Notes: generated from the letters alone by a model not told the origin. Positions 1 through 10,186 are shown, counted from the first letter of the stretch. The stretch is 64,000 nt of DNA from Phormidium sp. (GCA_051013385.1 CP143273.1:384001-448000); one strand, 5' to 3'. Made by a program: numbers and translations.

Positions 1-256
1 TACGCTTGGCATATTCGCCCTCTCTCACAATCTGATCCAATTCTGCCTCAGACAGACCAGATTGCTGCGCCCACTCAGCATTAGTGGGTTCATGACCTAA
101 CTGAGCAGCCAAAGATTCTTTCTCAGCCTGCAAAGCCGTTAAGCGCTGTACTTGCTTACCGTACATAATCTCCTGTTCGTGAGTTAGCAAGGGAACCCGA
201 CCAATTTCACGTAGGTAGGTGCGCACAAGATCTGTTGATGTCTGACTGGTCTTCAT
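1..256 (-). CDS. sigD: Group 2 RNA polymerase sigma factor (RpoD/SigA family, SigD-like), 5' part; runs off the window
   Basis: Manual translation from ATG at 256: MKTSQTSTDLVRTYLREIGRVPLLTHEQEIMYGKQVQ...EWA...EGEYAKR, matching sigma70 region 1.2 with a very short N-terminus. Not in the ORF track. Confidence 0.8.
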   Translation of the reverse strand, partial: MKTSQTSTDLVRTYLREIGRVPLLTHEQEIMYGKQVQRLTALQAEKESLAAQLGHEPTNAEWAQQSGLSEAELDQIVREGEYAKR

Positions 257-446
257 GGCGCTTTACTTTAACTATTATTAACAATTGTAACTTTTCTGAG
301 TGAATTTGTACAGCGTCTTGTATGTATTACTGGCACTATTTAGCACCAGTCCCATCCTTTGATAAAGGCGACGAGGTTTAGATATAGAGGGTACAGCAGG
401 AACTAAGTAAAAATTGCATCCTGTAAAACAAAATCATAATGATTTT

Positions 447-632
447 AGGGGGGACTGGGGACAAGGGGACAAGGGGACAAGGGGGACAAGGGGGACAAGG
501 GGGACAAGGGGACAAGGGGACAAGGGGACAAGGGGGACAAGGGGACAAGGGGACAAGGGGACAAGAAGAATTAAATTTTACCTTTCCCCTCTGCTCCCCT
601 GCCCCTCTGCTCCCCTGCCCCTCTGCCCCTGT
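447..632. repeat. STRR-type short tandem repeats (GGGGACAA / CCCCTGC-CCCTCTG tracts)
   Basis: Visible 7-9 nt tandem units in the divergent intergenic region. Confidence 0.9.
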
Positions 633-716
633 TCCCGAAAATTTACCCAGGGGCTCTGGCTTATAATCGCAGGTAGTGCAAAAATAATCCATAAATTTTT
701 AATGAAGAGTTGCACC

Positions 717-1472
717 ATGACGATCTCAGCAGTATTACAACGTGCGTTTGACCAAGGTTACGCTTTAAAGGTGATCGGTGGTTTAAATAACTTCGATCGC
801 CAGCGAGTAGCAGCAATTGTAAAAGCTGCCGAAATGGGGGGAGCTACCTTTGTTGATATCGCCGCTGATGCAGAATTGGTGAGACATTGCCGCCAAATTA
901 CTAGCTTACCAATTTGTGTTTCGGCTGTAGAGCCAGAATTGTTTGTGCCAGCAGTAGAAGCGGGAGCAGATTTGATCGAAATTGGTAATTTCGATAGTTT
1001 CTACGCTCAAGGGCGGCGTTTTGAAGCTCCAGAGGTATTGGAGATTACTAAGGAAACGCGATCGCTCCTTCCCCATATTACCCTCTCTGTCACCGTTCCC
1101 CACATTTTAAGTCTGTCCGAACAAGTGCAATTAGCCGAAGCACTAGTCAAAGCAGGCGCAGACATCATCCAAACTGAAGGCGGTACTAGTGCCGCACCCA
1201 CCCACCCAGGCACATTAGGCATGATGGAAAAAGCTGCCCCCACCCTAGCCGCAGCCTACGAAATTTCCCGTGCCGTCTCAGTACCAGTGTTGTGTGCTTC
1301 CGGCATTTCCAGCGTTACCGCACCCCTAGCCATTGCCGCTGGAGCCAGAGGCGTTGGTGTTGGCTCTGCCATCAATCAATTAAACAGCGAAGTCGCAATG
1401 GTAGCAGCTGTTCGCAGCATCGTCGAAGCATTAGCGACAGAAGGCAGAAAGCAGAAGGCAGAGAAGTTTTAA
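717..1472 (+). CDS. ycf23: Ycf23 / DUF561 family protein
   Basis: ALKVIGGLNNFD, GADLIEIGNFDSFY, DIIQTEGG motifs. Start set at ATG 717; the upstream ORF extension is repeat-derived. Confidence 0.9.
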   Translation: MTISAVLQRAFDQGYALKVIGGLNNFDRQRVAAIVKAAEMGGATFVDIAADAELVRHCRQITSLPICVSAVEPELFVPAVEAGADLIEIGNFDSFYAQGRRFEAPEVLEITKETRSLLPHITLSVTVPHILSLSEQVQLAEALVKAGADIIQTEGGTSAAPTHPGTLGMMEKAAPTLAAAYEISRAVSVPVLCASGISSVTAPLAIAAGARGVGVGSAINQLNSEVAMVAAVRSIVEALATEGRKQKAEKF

Positions 1473-1565
1473 GTTTTGAGTTTTGAGTTTTGAGTTAGGG
1501 AGAGTTTGGAGAGTTTTAAGCTTTGAATTCTCCTTCCTCTGCTCTGCTCCGAGAACTCCCCTGCA

Positions 1566-2735
1566 TTAAGCGAGAGCATCTTTCAAGGCATAAACTACCT
1601 GTTCTTGTTGCTGTTGTGTTAATTCCGGGAACATGGGCAAAGATAAAACTTGGTGGCAAACTTGTTCAGCTACGGGAAAACTGCCTGGTTGATAGCCTAA
1701 ATTTTGGTAAACTGGCTGCAAGTGCAGGGGAATGGGATAGTAAACCATTGAAGTAATGCCTTGCTGCTGCATTTTATTGCGTACTCGATCTCGTCGGGAG
1801 TTTGGCTCGGAGGTTTTATCTTGGTTTTCCGGGGCTAAGATGCGAATTGTGTATTGATTCCAGACACTTTTACCGCCTGGTAAACTCTGAGGTAAAACAA
1901 TTCCGGGGAGAGGTGCGAGTAAGTTTTGGTAACGGGCTGCTACTTGAGAACGTTGGGCATTCCAGGCTTCCAAATATGCTAATTTGACTTGGAGAATGGC
2001 AGCTTGTAGAGCATCTAAACGACTATTTACTCCGATTTCTTCATGGTAATAGCGACTTGGAGAACCATGCTCTTTTAACATTCTCACGGTAGCGGCTATT
2101 TTGCGATCGTTGGTTGTGATTGCGCCTCCGTCGCCAAATGCTCCTAAGTTTTTGGTGGGAAAGAAGCTAAAGCAACCGATATGACCTATGCTACCAATTT
2201 TGCGATCGCGCAGCGTGCCATCAGGCGTATCGCTCCAAGTCGCCCCCGTAGCTTGAGCACAGTCTTCGATAACAGCTAGATTATGCTTTTGCGCCACTGC
2301 CATCAACCAAGTCATATCCACAGGTTGCCCAAACAAATGCACTGGTAAAATTGCCTTAGTTTTACTAGTGATGGCAGCCGAAACTTGGTTAATATCTAAA
2401 TTAAAAGTTTGGGCATCAATATCCACAAACACTGGTGTTGCGCCCACCGTACTAATTGCCTCTGCGGTGGCTATAAAAGTAAAAGGCGTAGTAATCACTT
2501 CATCGCCAGCGCCTATTCCCAATGCCCGCAATGCTAAATACAGGGCATCACTGCCAGAATTACAGGATACAGCTTCAGAAACTCCAATGTAAGCCGCAAA
2601 CTGTTGCTCAAAGTTTTCTACTATGTTGCCACCAATATAACGACCTGAAGCCAGCACGCTCAATACGGCTGCATTTATTTCTTCCTCAATGGTTTTGTAT
2701 TGCTGGGCTAAGTCAATAGGGGGGATGTTGTTCAC
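1566..2735 (-). CDS. DegT/DnrJ/EryC1/StrS family PLP-dependent aminotransferase
   Basis: IEDCAQA, FSFFPTKNLGAFGDGG and NSRLD motifs. Confidence 0.95.
   Translation of the reverse strand: MNNIPPIDLAQQYKTIEEEINAAVLSVLASGRYIGGNIVENFEQQFAAYIGVSEAVSCNSGSDALYLALRALGIGAGDEVITTPFTFIATAEAISTVGATPVFVDIDAQTFNLDINQVSAAITSKTKAILPVHLFGQPVDMTWLMAVAQKHNLAVIEDCAQATGATWSDTPDGTLRDRKIGSIGHIGCFSFFPTKNLGAFGDGGAITTNDRKIAATVRMLKEHGSPSRYYHEEIGVNSRLDALQAAILQVKLAYLEAWNAQRSQVAARYQNLLAPLPGIVLPQSLPGGKSVWNQYTIRILAPENQDKTSEPNSRRDRVRNKMQQQGITSMVYYPIPLHLQPVYQNLGYQPGSFPVAEQVCHQVLSLPMFPELTQQQQEQVVYALKDALA
2202..2233. mobile_element. SDR5-like 24-nt micro-insertion in a HIP1 site, in frame within the DegT gene
   Basis: GCG|ATCGCGCAGCGTGCCATCAGGCGT|ATCGC; adds the peptide TPDGTLRD. 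Confidence 0.75.
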
Positions 2736-2912
2736 TCGATTACCAGAAGTTTTGAAAGAGTTTTAGCGATAGAGAATAGCACTACCAAGAATTGTTACAA
2801 TCTCAAAATAATATAAGGCTAGTACGTCGCTCAAAGTCAAGAAATAAGATAATTATTCTATTCTTCTGCCCCTAGAGTTCCCCTGCCTTTTGAAATTACA
2901 GGACATTGACGA

Positions 2913-3686
2913 GTGGATTTAATTCAACTCAATCCCATAGACTTGGTTGTATCCTTGGGACTAATCGTGGTTGCCATTGGGTTGTCGGCTACGCAAAAAT
3001 TAGGGTTGGAATGGTCGATCGCCAGAAGCACGATACAAACGATCGTACAACTATTAGTGGTAGGCTACTTTCTGGCAGCAGCTTTCGAGTTTAAGAATCC
3101 TTGGGCTGTTTTGCTGGTTGTAGCTGTCATGCTGACAATTGCTGCCACAGTCGCCCGCAACCAAGTTAATCAAAGAATACCGCAAATATTACCAATTGTC
3201 TGGCTTTCTCTGTTGGTCAGCACTACCTTAACTCTGGTTTACATTAACCTTTTAGTGCTGCAACAAGAGCCTTGGTATGAACCTCAGTATTTCATCCCTT
3301 TAGCCGGAATTTTACTAGGAAATGCCATGAATGGTGCGGCTATTGCTCTAGAACGTTTGACTAGTTCCCTCAACTCTAATCGTTTAGAAGTTGAAACTCA
3401 TCTCAGTTTAGGTGCAACTCCCCAACAAGCTGTTGCTTTATACCGCAAAGAAGCAATTAAAGCCGCAATGATTCCTAATTTAAATACTATGTTGGTTGTA
3501 GGCGTGGTAACTTTACCGGGAACTTTTACCGGACAACTTTTAAGTGGAGTATACCCTTTAGACGCGGCTCTTTACCAAATGCTGATTTTGTTCATTCAGT
3601 TATTTGCCACTTTAATCACCACTTTTTTAGTAACTCAAGGCATTTCCCGGCAAGTTTTTAATTCAGCGGAACAGTTGAAGATTTAG
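2913..3686 (+). CDS. fetB: Iron export ABC transporter permease FetB (UPF0014/YbbM)
   Basis: QLLVVGY, PQYFIPLAGILLGNAMN, LSLGATP, GVVTLPG motifs; multiple TM segments. Confidence 0.9.
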   Translation: MDLIQLNPIDLVVSLGLIVVAIGLSATQKLGLEWSIARSTIQTIVQLLVVGYFLAAAFEFKNPWAVLLVVAVMLTIAATVARNQVNQRIPQILPIVWLSLLVSTTLTLVYINLLVLQQEPWYEPQYFIPLAGILLGNAMNGAAIALERLTSSLNSNRLEVETHLSLGATPQQAVALYRKEAIKAAMIPNLNTMLVVGVVTLPGTFTGQLLSGVYPLDAALYQMLILFIQLFATLITTFLVTQGISRQVFNSAEQLKI

Positions 3687-3724
3687 TGGGGAACTGGGAC
3701 AGTTTTGAGTTTTGAGTTTTGAGT

Positions 3725-3758
3725 TTTGTAGGGGCAATTCATGAATTGCCCCTACAAA
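3725..3758. repeat. GTAG-family REP-like palindrome, flanked by STRR tracts
   Basis: TTTGTAGGGGCAATTCA/TGAATTGCCCCTACAAA perfect inverted repeat between convergent genes. Confidence 0.85.
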
Positions 3759-3812
3759 GTTTTCTTGCCCCTGTGCCCCTGTGCCCCTGTGCCCCTCTGC
3801 TCCCCTGCCTTC

Positions 3813-5753
3813 TCAAGTAGGTTTAGGACTATACTTGCCAATTAAAGCGCGAGTGTGATCGTAAATTTCTAGGGGTAAAACGGAATTTTCGCTAATTGCT
3901 TCTAGTGCTGATTGTAGAGTTTTTAAGTGATCGTCTACTCCGGCTAAGGTGTTAGCATCGCCATTTATGCCAGCACTCATGGCGGTTCTTCTGACGCTAT
4001 TTACATAAGCAGGTGTGAGGTAAACTTTAATGCCTTGACGAGTGACTATGTGATCGCAAATTTTCGGAGAAACGTTGCAAACTCGGTTTAAGTCAGTGTT
4101 AGCTTTTTGCAAAACTAAGGCAACTTTTAATCTGTCTTGAGCTTGATTTAAACTGCTGCTGTAACTATCAATTAGTGGTTGAGCTTGGGGATAGTAAAAA
4201 GTGCCTTTGGGGACTTGTTGCGCGTAAGTTAAAGCTCGTCGCCAACTGGATACTGCATCTGACAATTGATTTCTTTGTTCTTGGTTTTGGGCGAGGCTGG
4301 CTAGGGTGAGGGATTGATTATAAATGTTAGCAGAAATTTGTTCTTGATTTCTGCGATCGCGCACCGTTGCTAATTTCGTTTGGTAATTATCTAATAATTC
4401 CTGGGCTTCTTCATGCGCTGTGACACTTCTGGGAATTGATGATAGAGTAGCGATTGCTTTTTCCCAAATCGATTCTACTTCTTGCCAATTTTCTAATGAT
4501 TTGGCTGACACTTGCCGCAACTCTGCTGTTTGTGCCCCTTGCTTAGCAGCAACAATCTTATTTTCCGTAGTTTCCTCTAAATTAATTCGTTGATTTATTT
4601 CTCCTGAATTATCCCGATAACTCAGCAGTTTTTTCTGAGCCATAGCATAGACTGGGCTAGTTTTGGGAACTTGTTTTAATAAAGCAACTGACTGCTTCCA
4701 AAGTGAGTTTATCTCCTGCCATTCTGACGCTGAATGAGGATAATCTTGGCTGTTTTGTGCTGCTTCATCTGCCTTTTTCATCGCCATTAAAACCGGATCG
4801 ATCGCATTAGCTTGGTTTTGATAATTGGGCAATAATTTCTGTGCTTCCCCATAATAATTAGACCAGGGGGGAATACTTCCTAATAATTGATTAGCTGTGG
4901 TTAATTTCTGTTGAGATCTTTCTAAATCTTGTATCGTTTTGGCTTTTTTAATAGTTTGGTTTGCTTCTTGACCAAGTTGTTTTGCCGTTTTAATTTGGGG
5001 ACATGAGCCAATTACACAAGGACGACTAAACGCATAAAGACTGCTTAAAAAAGCGACTATTGTCACCGTAGCAGCTGCAATCACAAACTTGGGGGACAAG
5101 GAAATTTCTTTTGTTTGTGTTTTTGTAGTTCGTCGTCCTTCCGGGGTGATTAATGGCTCATAATCTGGTTCTGTTTCTGGTATCGCTTGACTTGGCGGTT
5201 CTTCCAAAGATAAATCCGCCATAGAGTCTGATTCAGTTTCAGATTCGGCAACTAAATTATTTAACGGAGTTAATTCATCCGGCTTCTGTTCATCAGTTTT
5301 TTCGGGATAAAACAGCGCGTTACTATCATTACTATCATTTTCTTGAGGAGTTTCTTCAGTTTCTTCGGATGCTTTACCTAACCAGCGAAATAAATCATCA
5401 AAATCATCATCATCATCATCATTTAAATCTGCATTGTTTAACCAAGCTGCTGATTTTTCAATAATAAAATCTTGCACAGCGCGGGGTTCTTTTTGCCCTA
5501 CTGCTCGTAAATAAAGCCGAACTTTTTCTGTAAATTCTGGTTGGGCTTGCTGAATACTTTGCTCTAGCACCCGAAATATTGGCTGAGCTTCCGGTGCTAC
5601 GGACTGGGAATGTTGCGCTAGCACCAATAGCACATCGTTTTGCAACATACATCTTACCTGAAGGCGGACTTCCCCCGCCAATTCTGCTTGTAAGCGTTCT
5701 TGTAAAAATTTGGCTAGTTCTTGGAGTTCACTGGGTCGGACGGCTGTTTGCAT
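3813..5753 (-). CDS. Hypothetical membrane-anchored protein (acidic linker, one TM helix, helical C-terminal repeats)
   Basis: 646-aa ORF; TM FVIAAATVTIVAFLSSLYAF followed by RPCVIGSCP and repeated W..A...L..IP helices. Confidence 0.8.
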   Translation of the reverse strand: MQTAVRPSELQELAKFLQERLQAELAGEVRLQVRCMLQNDVLLVLAQHSQSVAPEAQPIFRVLEQSIQQAQPEFTEKVRLYLRAVGQKEPRAVQDFIIEKSAAWLNNADLNDDDDDDFDDLFRWLGKASEETEETPQENDSNDSNALFYPEKTDEQKPDELTPLNNLVAESETESDSMADLSLEEPPSQAIPETEPDYEPLITPEGRRTTKTQTKEISLSPKFVIAAATVTIVAFLSSLYAFSRPCVIGSCPQIKTAKQLGQEANQTIKKAKTIQDLERSQQKLTTANQLLGSIPPWSNYYGEAQKLLPNYQNQANAIDPVLMAMKKADEAAQNSQDYPHSASEWQEINSLWKQSVALLKQVPKTSPVYAMAQKKLLSYRDNSGEINQRINLEETTENKIVAAKQGAQTAELRQVSAKSLENWQEVESIWEKAIATLSSIPRSVTAHEEAQELLDNYQTKLATVRDRRNQEQISANIYNQSLTLASLAQNQEQRNQLSDAVSSWRRALTYAQQVPKGTFYYPQAQPLIDSYSSSLNQAQDRLKVALVLQKANTDLNRVCNVSPKICDHIVTRQGIKVYLTPAYVNSVRRTAMSAGINGDANTLAGVDDHLKTLQSALEAISENSVLPLEIYDHTRALIGKYSPKPT

Positions 5754-5942
5754 ATAACACCACCTTAATGTATTTAGAGTTGTGAAGAATTTGATATCTT
5801 GATCTTGAGATGGGCGAACTGCGTCTAAATTTATGCAATTCCTAATAATAACCAGTTCTCTTGACTGACGATCTGATCTATTTAATTCAGAGTACGCAAT
5901 TAGCCAAACCTTTTGGTTTAATCAATCTTTTAGTTTAATGCC

Positions 5943-6857
5943 ATGTCTAAAAATCACATTCCATTGTCTCAACAAGTTGTATTAATTACCGGAGCTTCTG
6001 CGGGAATAGGGGCTGCGTTGGCTCAGGTTTTAGCCCAAAATTTCCTGGGAATACGATTGGTCTTAGCGGCTCGTAACCAAGAAAAGCTGACTCATGTTGC
6101 CAATTACTGTAGCAAAGCTGGGGCCCAAGTGATGATAGTTCCTACAGATATGTCCCAAATTGAGGAAGTGGAAGCTTTGGCGCGAGCAGCTGTGCTACGT
6201 TTCGGCGGGGTGGATGTTTTGGTGAATAATGCTGGCTATGGTCAAATGGGGCCAATAGAGTTAATTCCGGCGGCGGCGACAAGGCGACAGTTTGAAGTGA
6301 ATTTATTAGGCCCACTGGCTTTAATTCGGGAGTTAATTCCTGTGATGCGCGATCGCGGTGGTGGCAGAATTGTTAATATTAGTTCTTTGGGAGGAAGATT
6401 GGCATTTCCCTTTGGCGGTTTGTACAGTTCCTCTAAATTCGCTCTCGAAGGTCTGAGCGATGCTCTACGTATGGAGTTGGAGCCATTCAACATCAAGGTT
6501 AGCGTGATTGAGCCGGGGCCTGTGACTACGGAATTTTTTGATGTCGCTGGTAAAGGGGTGCTCGAAATAGTCGCAGATCCCGAAAATACTCCCTACCGCG
6601 CCGCTTTCCGCCAGTTGGAAAAACTCCAAGAACGAACTAGTAGTCGCGCTTGGACTGCGGAACGAGTAGCCCTGGTAATTGTGAGATCGCTCACAGATAA
6701 TAATCCTCGACCAAGGTATACTGCTGCAACTGCTGGTGATTTTTTGTTGTTTATGATGACCAAAGTATTACCTACAAAATTTGTAGATCGCTTTTGGCAA
6801 AAGTTTTATGGCATCGATCTAGTGGCGAAAGATTGGCAGAAATCAACAACTTCTTAA
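5943..6857 (+). CDS. Short-chain dehydrogenase/reductase (SDR)
   Basis: TGASAGIG, NNAGYG and YSSSK motifs. Confidence 0.95.
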   Translation: MSKNHIPLSQQVVLITGASAGIGAALAQVLAQNFLGIRLVLAARNQEKLTHVANYCSKAGAQVMIVPTDMSQIEEVEALARAAVLRFGGVDVLVNNAGYGQMGPIELIPAAATRRQFEVNLLGPLALIRELIPVMRDRGGGRIVNISSLGGRLAFPFGGLYSSSKFALEGLSDALRMELEPFNIKVSVIEPGPVTTEFFDVAGKGVLEIVADPENTPYRAAFRQLEKLQERTSSRAWTAERVALVIVRSLTDNNPRPRYTAATAGDFLLFMMTKVLPTKFVDRFWQKFYGIDLVAKDWQKSTTS

Positions 6858-6862
6858 AAGTA

Positions 6863-6962
6863 AGTAATGGGTCATTAGTGATTAGTTATTTGTTATTTGT
6901 GGATTTTCACCTATTGACCAATGACTAATGAGTAATGACCAATGACCAATGACCAATGACCA
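6863..6962. repeat. STRR heptamer repeats (AATGACC/AATGACT and complement)
   Basis: Tandem CCAATGA units with a complementary upstream arm. Confidence 0.8.
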
Positions 6963-6980
6963 ACTACCAATTAATTAAAA

Positions 6981-8135
6981 ATGGATTTATTAGAATATCA
7001 AGCCAAAGAGTTATTTCGTCAAATCTGCATCCCGGTTTTACCTTCCCAAAAAATCGATCATCCCAGAGAGATTAAAAGTTTGGAAATTCCCTATCCAGTA
7101 GTCCTGAAATCTCAAGTGCCGACTGGTGGTAGGGGCAGGGCTGGGGGAATTAAGTTTGTGGAAAATACGATCGATGCGATCGCCGCTGCCCAAACAATTT
7201 TTCGCCTCCCAATTATGGGCGAATATCCCGAAGTTTTACTCGCTGAAGCTAGATACAATGTCCAACAAGAATTATATTTGGCAGTAGCGTTAGATTACTC
7301 CTTACGTCGTCCCGTTTTACTGGGTTCTCCTAAAGGAGGCATGGATTTAGATTTAGTCATGAAACATCTGCAACAGGTGATAGTAGAAGATGAATTTTCT
7401 AGCTTTTATGCCCGGAAATTAGCCATGAAAATGGGATTACATGGGAATCTCATTCAATCAGTTAGTGCCATCATTGAAAAGATGTTTCACCTGTTTTTAG
7501 AAAAGGATTTAGACCTGGTAGAAATTAATCCATTAGGTGTTAGTCCTTCTGGAGAATTAATGGCTTTAGATGGCAAAATTACTGTTAATGATGCAGCTTT
7601 AGCTCGTCATCCTGACTTGTTAGTATTAGCTGAAAAAGTCAATTTACACAACAACATTAACAAATCTAAAAGCAATGGTTTTTGGGGATTAGATGGAAAT
7701 ATTGGCGTAATTTGCAATGGTAGCGGTTTGGCAATGGCAACATTAGATTTGCTCTACCAAACAGGCGGAAAACCTTTTGGTTGTATTAATTTGGGTGAAA
7801 ATCGTTTAGCTGAAAATCAATCCTGCCCTTTTAGCTGTTTGTTGCAAAAAAGTTTAGAAATTACCTGCAATCAAAATGGGATAAAGGTATTACTAATTAA
7901 CATCATGGATGGTTTAACTTCCTGTGAAGAAATCGCCGATGTTATTGTTAGTTATACTCAAAATGATGCTGGGGGATATCCTCATTTTGTCGTGCGGTTA
8001 GTTGGGAGTAACTTAGAAGCAGCAAAAGAGCGTTTAGCCGCTGTGGGAATTACTTTGCTAGAACAGTTAGATGAAGCAGTAGCGAAAGCAGTTTCTTTGG
8101 CAAAACCAACCGGAAAACGTCATTCGTCGAATTAA
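6981..8135 (+). CDS. sucC: Succinate--CoA ligase beta subunit
   Basis: MDLLEYQAKELF, KSQVPTGGRGRAGG, EINPL, GNIGVICNGSGLAMATLD. Confidence 0.9.
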   Translation: MDLLEYQAKELFRQICIPVLPSQKIDHPREIKSLEIPYPVVLKSQVPTGGRGRAGGIKFVENTIDAIAAAQTIFRLPIMGEYPEVLLAEARYNVQQELYLAVALDYSLRRPVLLGSPKGGMDLDLVMKHLQQVIVEDEFSSFYARKLAMKMGLHGNLIQSVSAIIEKMFHLFLEKDLDLVEINPLGVSPSGELMALDGKITVNDAALARHPDLLVLAEKVNLHNNINKSKSNGFWGLDGNIGVICNGSGLAMATLDLLYQTGGKPFGCINLGENRLAENQSCPFSCLLQKSLEITCNQNGIKVLLINIMDGLTSCEEIADVIVSYTQNDAGGYPHFVVRLVGSNLEAAKERLAAVGITLLEQLDEAVAKAVSLAKPTGKRHSSN

Positions 8136-8379
8136 TCTACCTTTTGAACATCTACCTCTTGCCTGTTTTCTATTCGATAATCTCATACTGTAGGATCAAC
8201 CAATTGGGTGAAGTTTGTTTGAGCCTATCTGCTTTACTGTGAAGGTGAACTAAAGATCCTGCGGTTGAGAGATTACACTTATCCAAAAATTTTTTTGGAG
8301 ATTTTCTCTAAAATGTTTACTACAGACTGTGATGGTTAACAGTCTGCTTTACACTGTTTGTTAGAGTTTGGGAAAAACT

Positions 8380-9735
8380 ATGCAATTCTCACACAATGTC
8401 TATGATGTAGCGATTATTGGAGGTGGCATCTCTGGCACCGCCTTACTGTACAGCTTATCCAATTACACTAACATCGATCGCATTGCCTTAATTGAGAAAA
8501 ATCCTGGAGTTGCTTTAGTCAATTCTCATAAAACCAGCAATAGCCAAACCTTGCATTTTGGCGATATTGAAACTAATTATACTTTGGAAAAAGCTCGCAA
8601 AGTTAATCGCGCAGCGACTTTAGTCAAAAATTATCTGTTGCAGAATGATTCTCGCCAAGAAATTCACAGTAAATATCATAAAATGGTTTTGGCGATCGGC
8701 AAAGAAGAAACTGCCGAACTTCGCGCCAGATCCGAAGAATTTAAATCTTTGTTCCCGCAATTAAGATTAATTGAAAGAGAAGAAATTGCATTACTTGAAC
8801 CTAATGTAGTCAAAGGTAGAGCAGTTGATGAGGAAATTTTAGCTCTCTACACTGACGAAGGTTACACCATAGATTTCCAAAAATTAGCCCAATCTTTCCT
8901 GCAAAAATCAATTGTAAATGAACAAAAAACGATTGATTTGATGTTAGGAACCAAGGTGAAGAGTATCAAAAAAGAAGGCGAAATTTATCAGGTGGAAACG
9001 GACAAAGAAGCGATCGCTGCTAAAGTAGTAGTATTTGCTGCCGGAGCCTATAGTTTACTATTCGCCAAATCTCTTGGTTACGGCAAAGATTATGCGTTAT
9101 TAAATGTAGCTGGCAGTTTTTACCTCGCGCCAGGAGTTTTAAACGGCAAAGTCTACACAGTACAACTCAAAAAAATACCTTTCGCCGCCATTCATGGAGA
9201 TCCAGAAGTTCACGATGCCAGTCAAACAAGATTTGGCCCAACTGCTAAGGTAACTCCCCTATTAGAACAGGGGAAATATGGGACATTTTTTGATTATTTA
9301 AGAACTGCTGGACTCAGCATTGCTGCATTTTTGAGCTTCTTTAATATCCTTACTGAACCAGCAATTTTAAAGTATGTCGTGATGAATTTCATTTACGATA
9401 TACCTTTTATTGGCAAGCGTTTATTCCTGAAAGAAGTTCAGAAAATTGTGCCGACAATCAAAGTAGATGAAGTAACTCTCGCTAAAGGCTATGGCGGAAT
9501 TAGACCGCAAATTGTTAACCTGAAAACTCACCGTTTAGAAATGGGAGAAGCCAAAATTATTGGGGAGAATATCTTGTTTAATATTACTCCTTCACCGGGC
9601 GCTTCTACCTGTTTACAAAATGCGGAAGATGATACCGAAAAAATCGTTGCTTTCTTAGGTGAAGGGTACAGTTTCGAGAAACAGAAATTTGAGCAAGAAT
9701 TAGCCGATCGACGAGTTTTAGTTAACATTGGCTAA
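8380..9735 (+). CDS. mqo: FAD-dependent oxidoreductase, Helicobacter/Campylobacter-type malate:quinone oxidoreductase-like
   Basis: GGGISG FAD motif; NSQTLHFGDIETNYT, GKVYTVQ, PFAAIHGDP, FNITPSPGAS recalled as characteristic of epsilonproteobacterial Mqo. Confidence 0.7.
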   Translation: MQFSHNVYDVAIIGGGISGTALLYSLSNYTNIDRIALIEKNPGVALVNSHKTSNSQTLHFGDIETNYTLEKARKVNRAATLVKNYLLQNDSRQEIHSKYHKMVLAIGKEETAELRARSEEFKSLFPQLRLIEREEIALLEPNVVKGRAVDEEILALYTDEGYTIDFQKLAQSFLQKSIVNEQKTIDLMLGTKVKSIKKEGEIYQVETDKEAIAAKVVVFAAGAYSLLFAKSLGYGKDYALLNVAGSFYLAPGVLNGKVYTVQLKKIPFAAIHGDPEVHDASQTRFGPTAKVTPLLEQGKYGTFFDYLRTAGLSIAAFLSFFNILTEPAILKYVVMNFIYDIPFIGKRLFLKEVQKIVPTIKVDEVTLAKGYGGIRPQIVNLKTHRLEMGEAKIIGENILFNITPSPGASTCLQNAEDDTEKIVAFLGEGYSFEKQKFEQELADRRVLVNIG

Positions 9736-9751
9736 TTAAGCTGTAGACGCT

Positions 9752-9893
9752 GTAGAGACGTTTCATGAAACGTCTCTACTTTTTTCGCTTCATGAAACGT
9801 CTCTACTTTTTTCGCTTCATGAAACGTCTCTACTTTTTTCGCTTCATGAAACGTCTCTACTTTTTTCGCTTCATGAAACGTCTCTACTTTTTT
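9752..9893. repeat. REP palindrome followed by a 27-bp tandem repeat (5 units)
   Basis: GTAGAGACGTTTCATGAAACGTCTCTAC, then units TTCATGAAACGTCTCTACTTTTTTCGC (last one partial). Confidence 0.9.
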
Positions 9894-9916
9894 ATAGGTA
9901 CTTTTTAAAGGGGAAT

Positions 9917-10186
9917 CTACCAAAAATATAAAGTTTTTCCGGCTCTTTCGATCGCAATAGTTTGGATAGAGTATTTTAGTTTAGCGATCGCCATCCGTAA
10001 TTTTAACTGTTCTTCCTCAAGCCGCCAACTTGTTTGATAATCACTACAATTAATTACCAGTGTATCTGGAGTAGCAAAGGTATAAATTACCCCATCATCG
10101 TCTAAGCCGCTGACTTCTAGAATTCGCTGTCCCAACTTTCGAGCACAAGAGACTTGTTCAAGTAATATTTCTGCTATTGGATTCAT
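9917..10186 (-). CDS. Small hypothetical protein
   Basis: 89-aa ORF preceded by GGAGGA SD on the minus strand. Confidence 0.7.
   Translation of the reverse strand: MNPIAEILLEQVSCARKLGQRILEVSGLDDDGVIYTFATPDTLVINCSDYQTSWRLEEEQLKLRMAIAKLKYSIQTIAIERAGKTLYFW

Noticed and set aside
378..716. ORFs 378-692 (-), 439-666 (+) and the 101-aa N-terminal extension of ycf23
   Set aside because: These are translations of STRR tandem repeats, open only because of low complexity.
9752..9893. Possible CRISPR array
   Set aside because: Units are contiguous with identical 9-nt linkers, there are no unique spacers, and no cas genes are in the window.
9732..9923. 63-aa ORF with KKVETFHEA repeats (RiPP-precursor-like)
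   Set aside because: It is the reverse translation of the REP-derived tandem repeat, and no modification enzymes are nearby.
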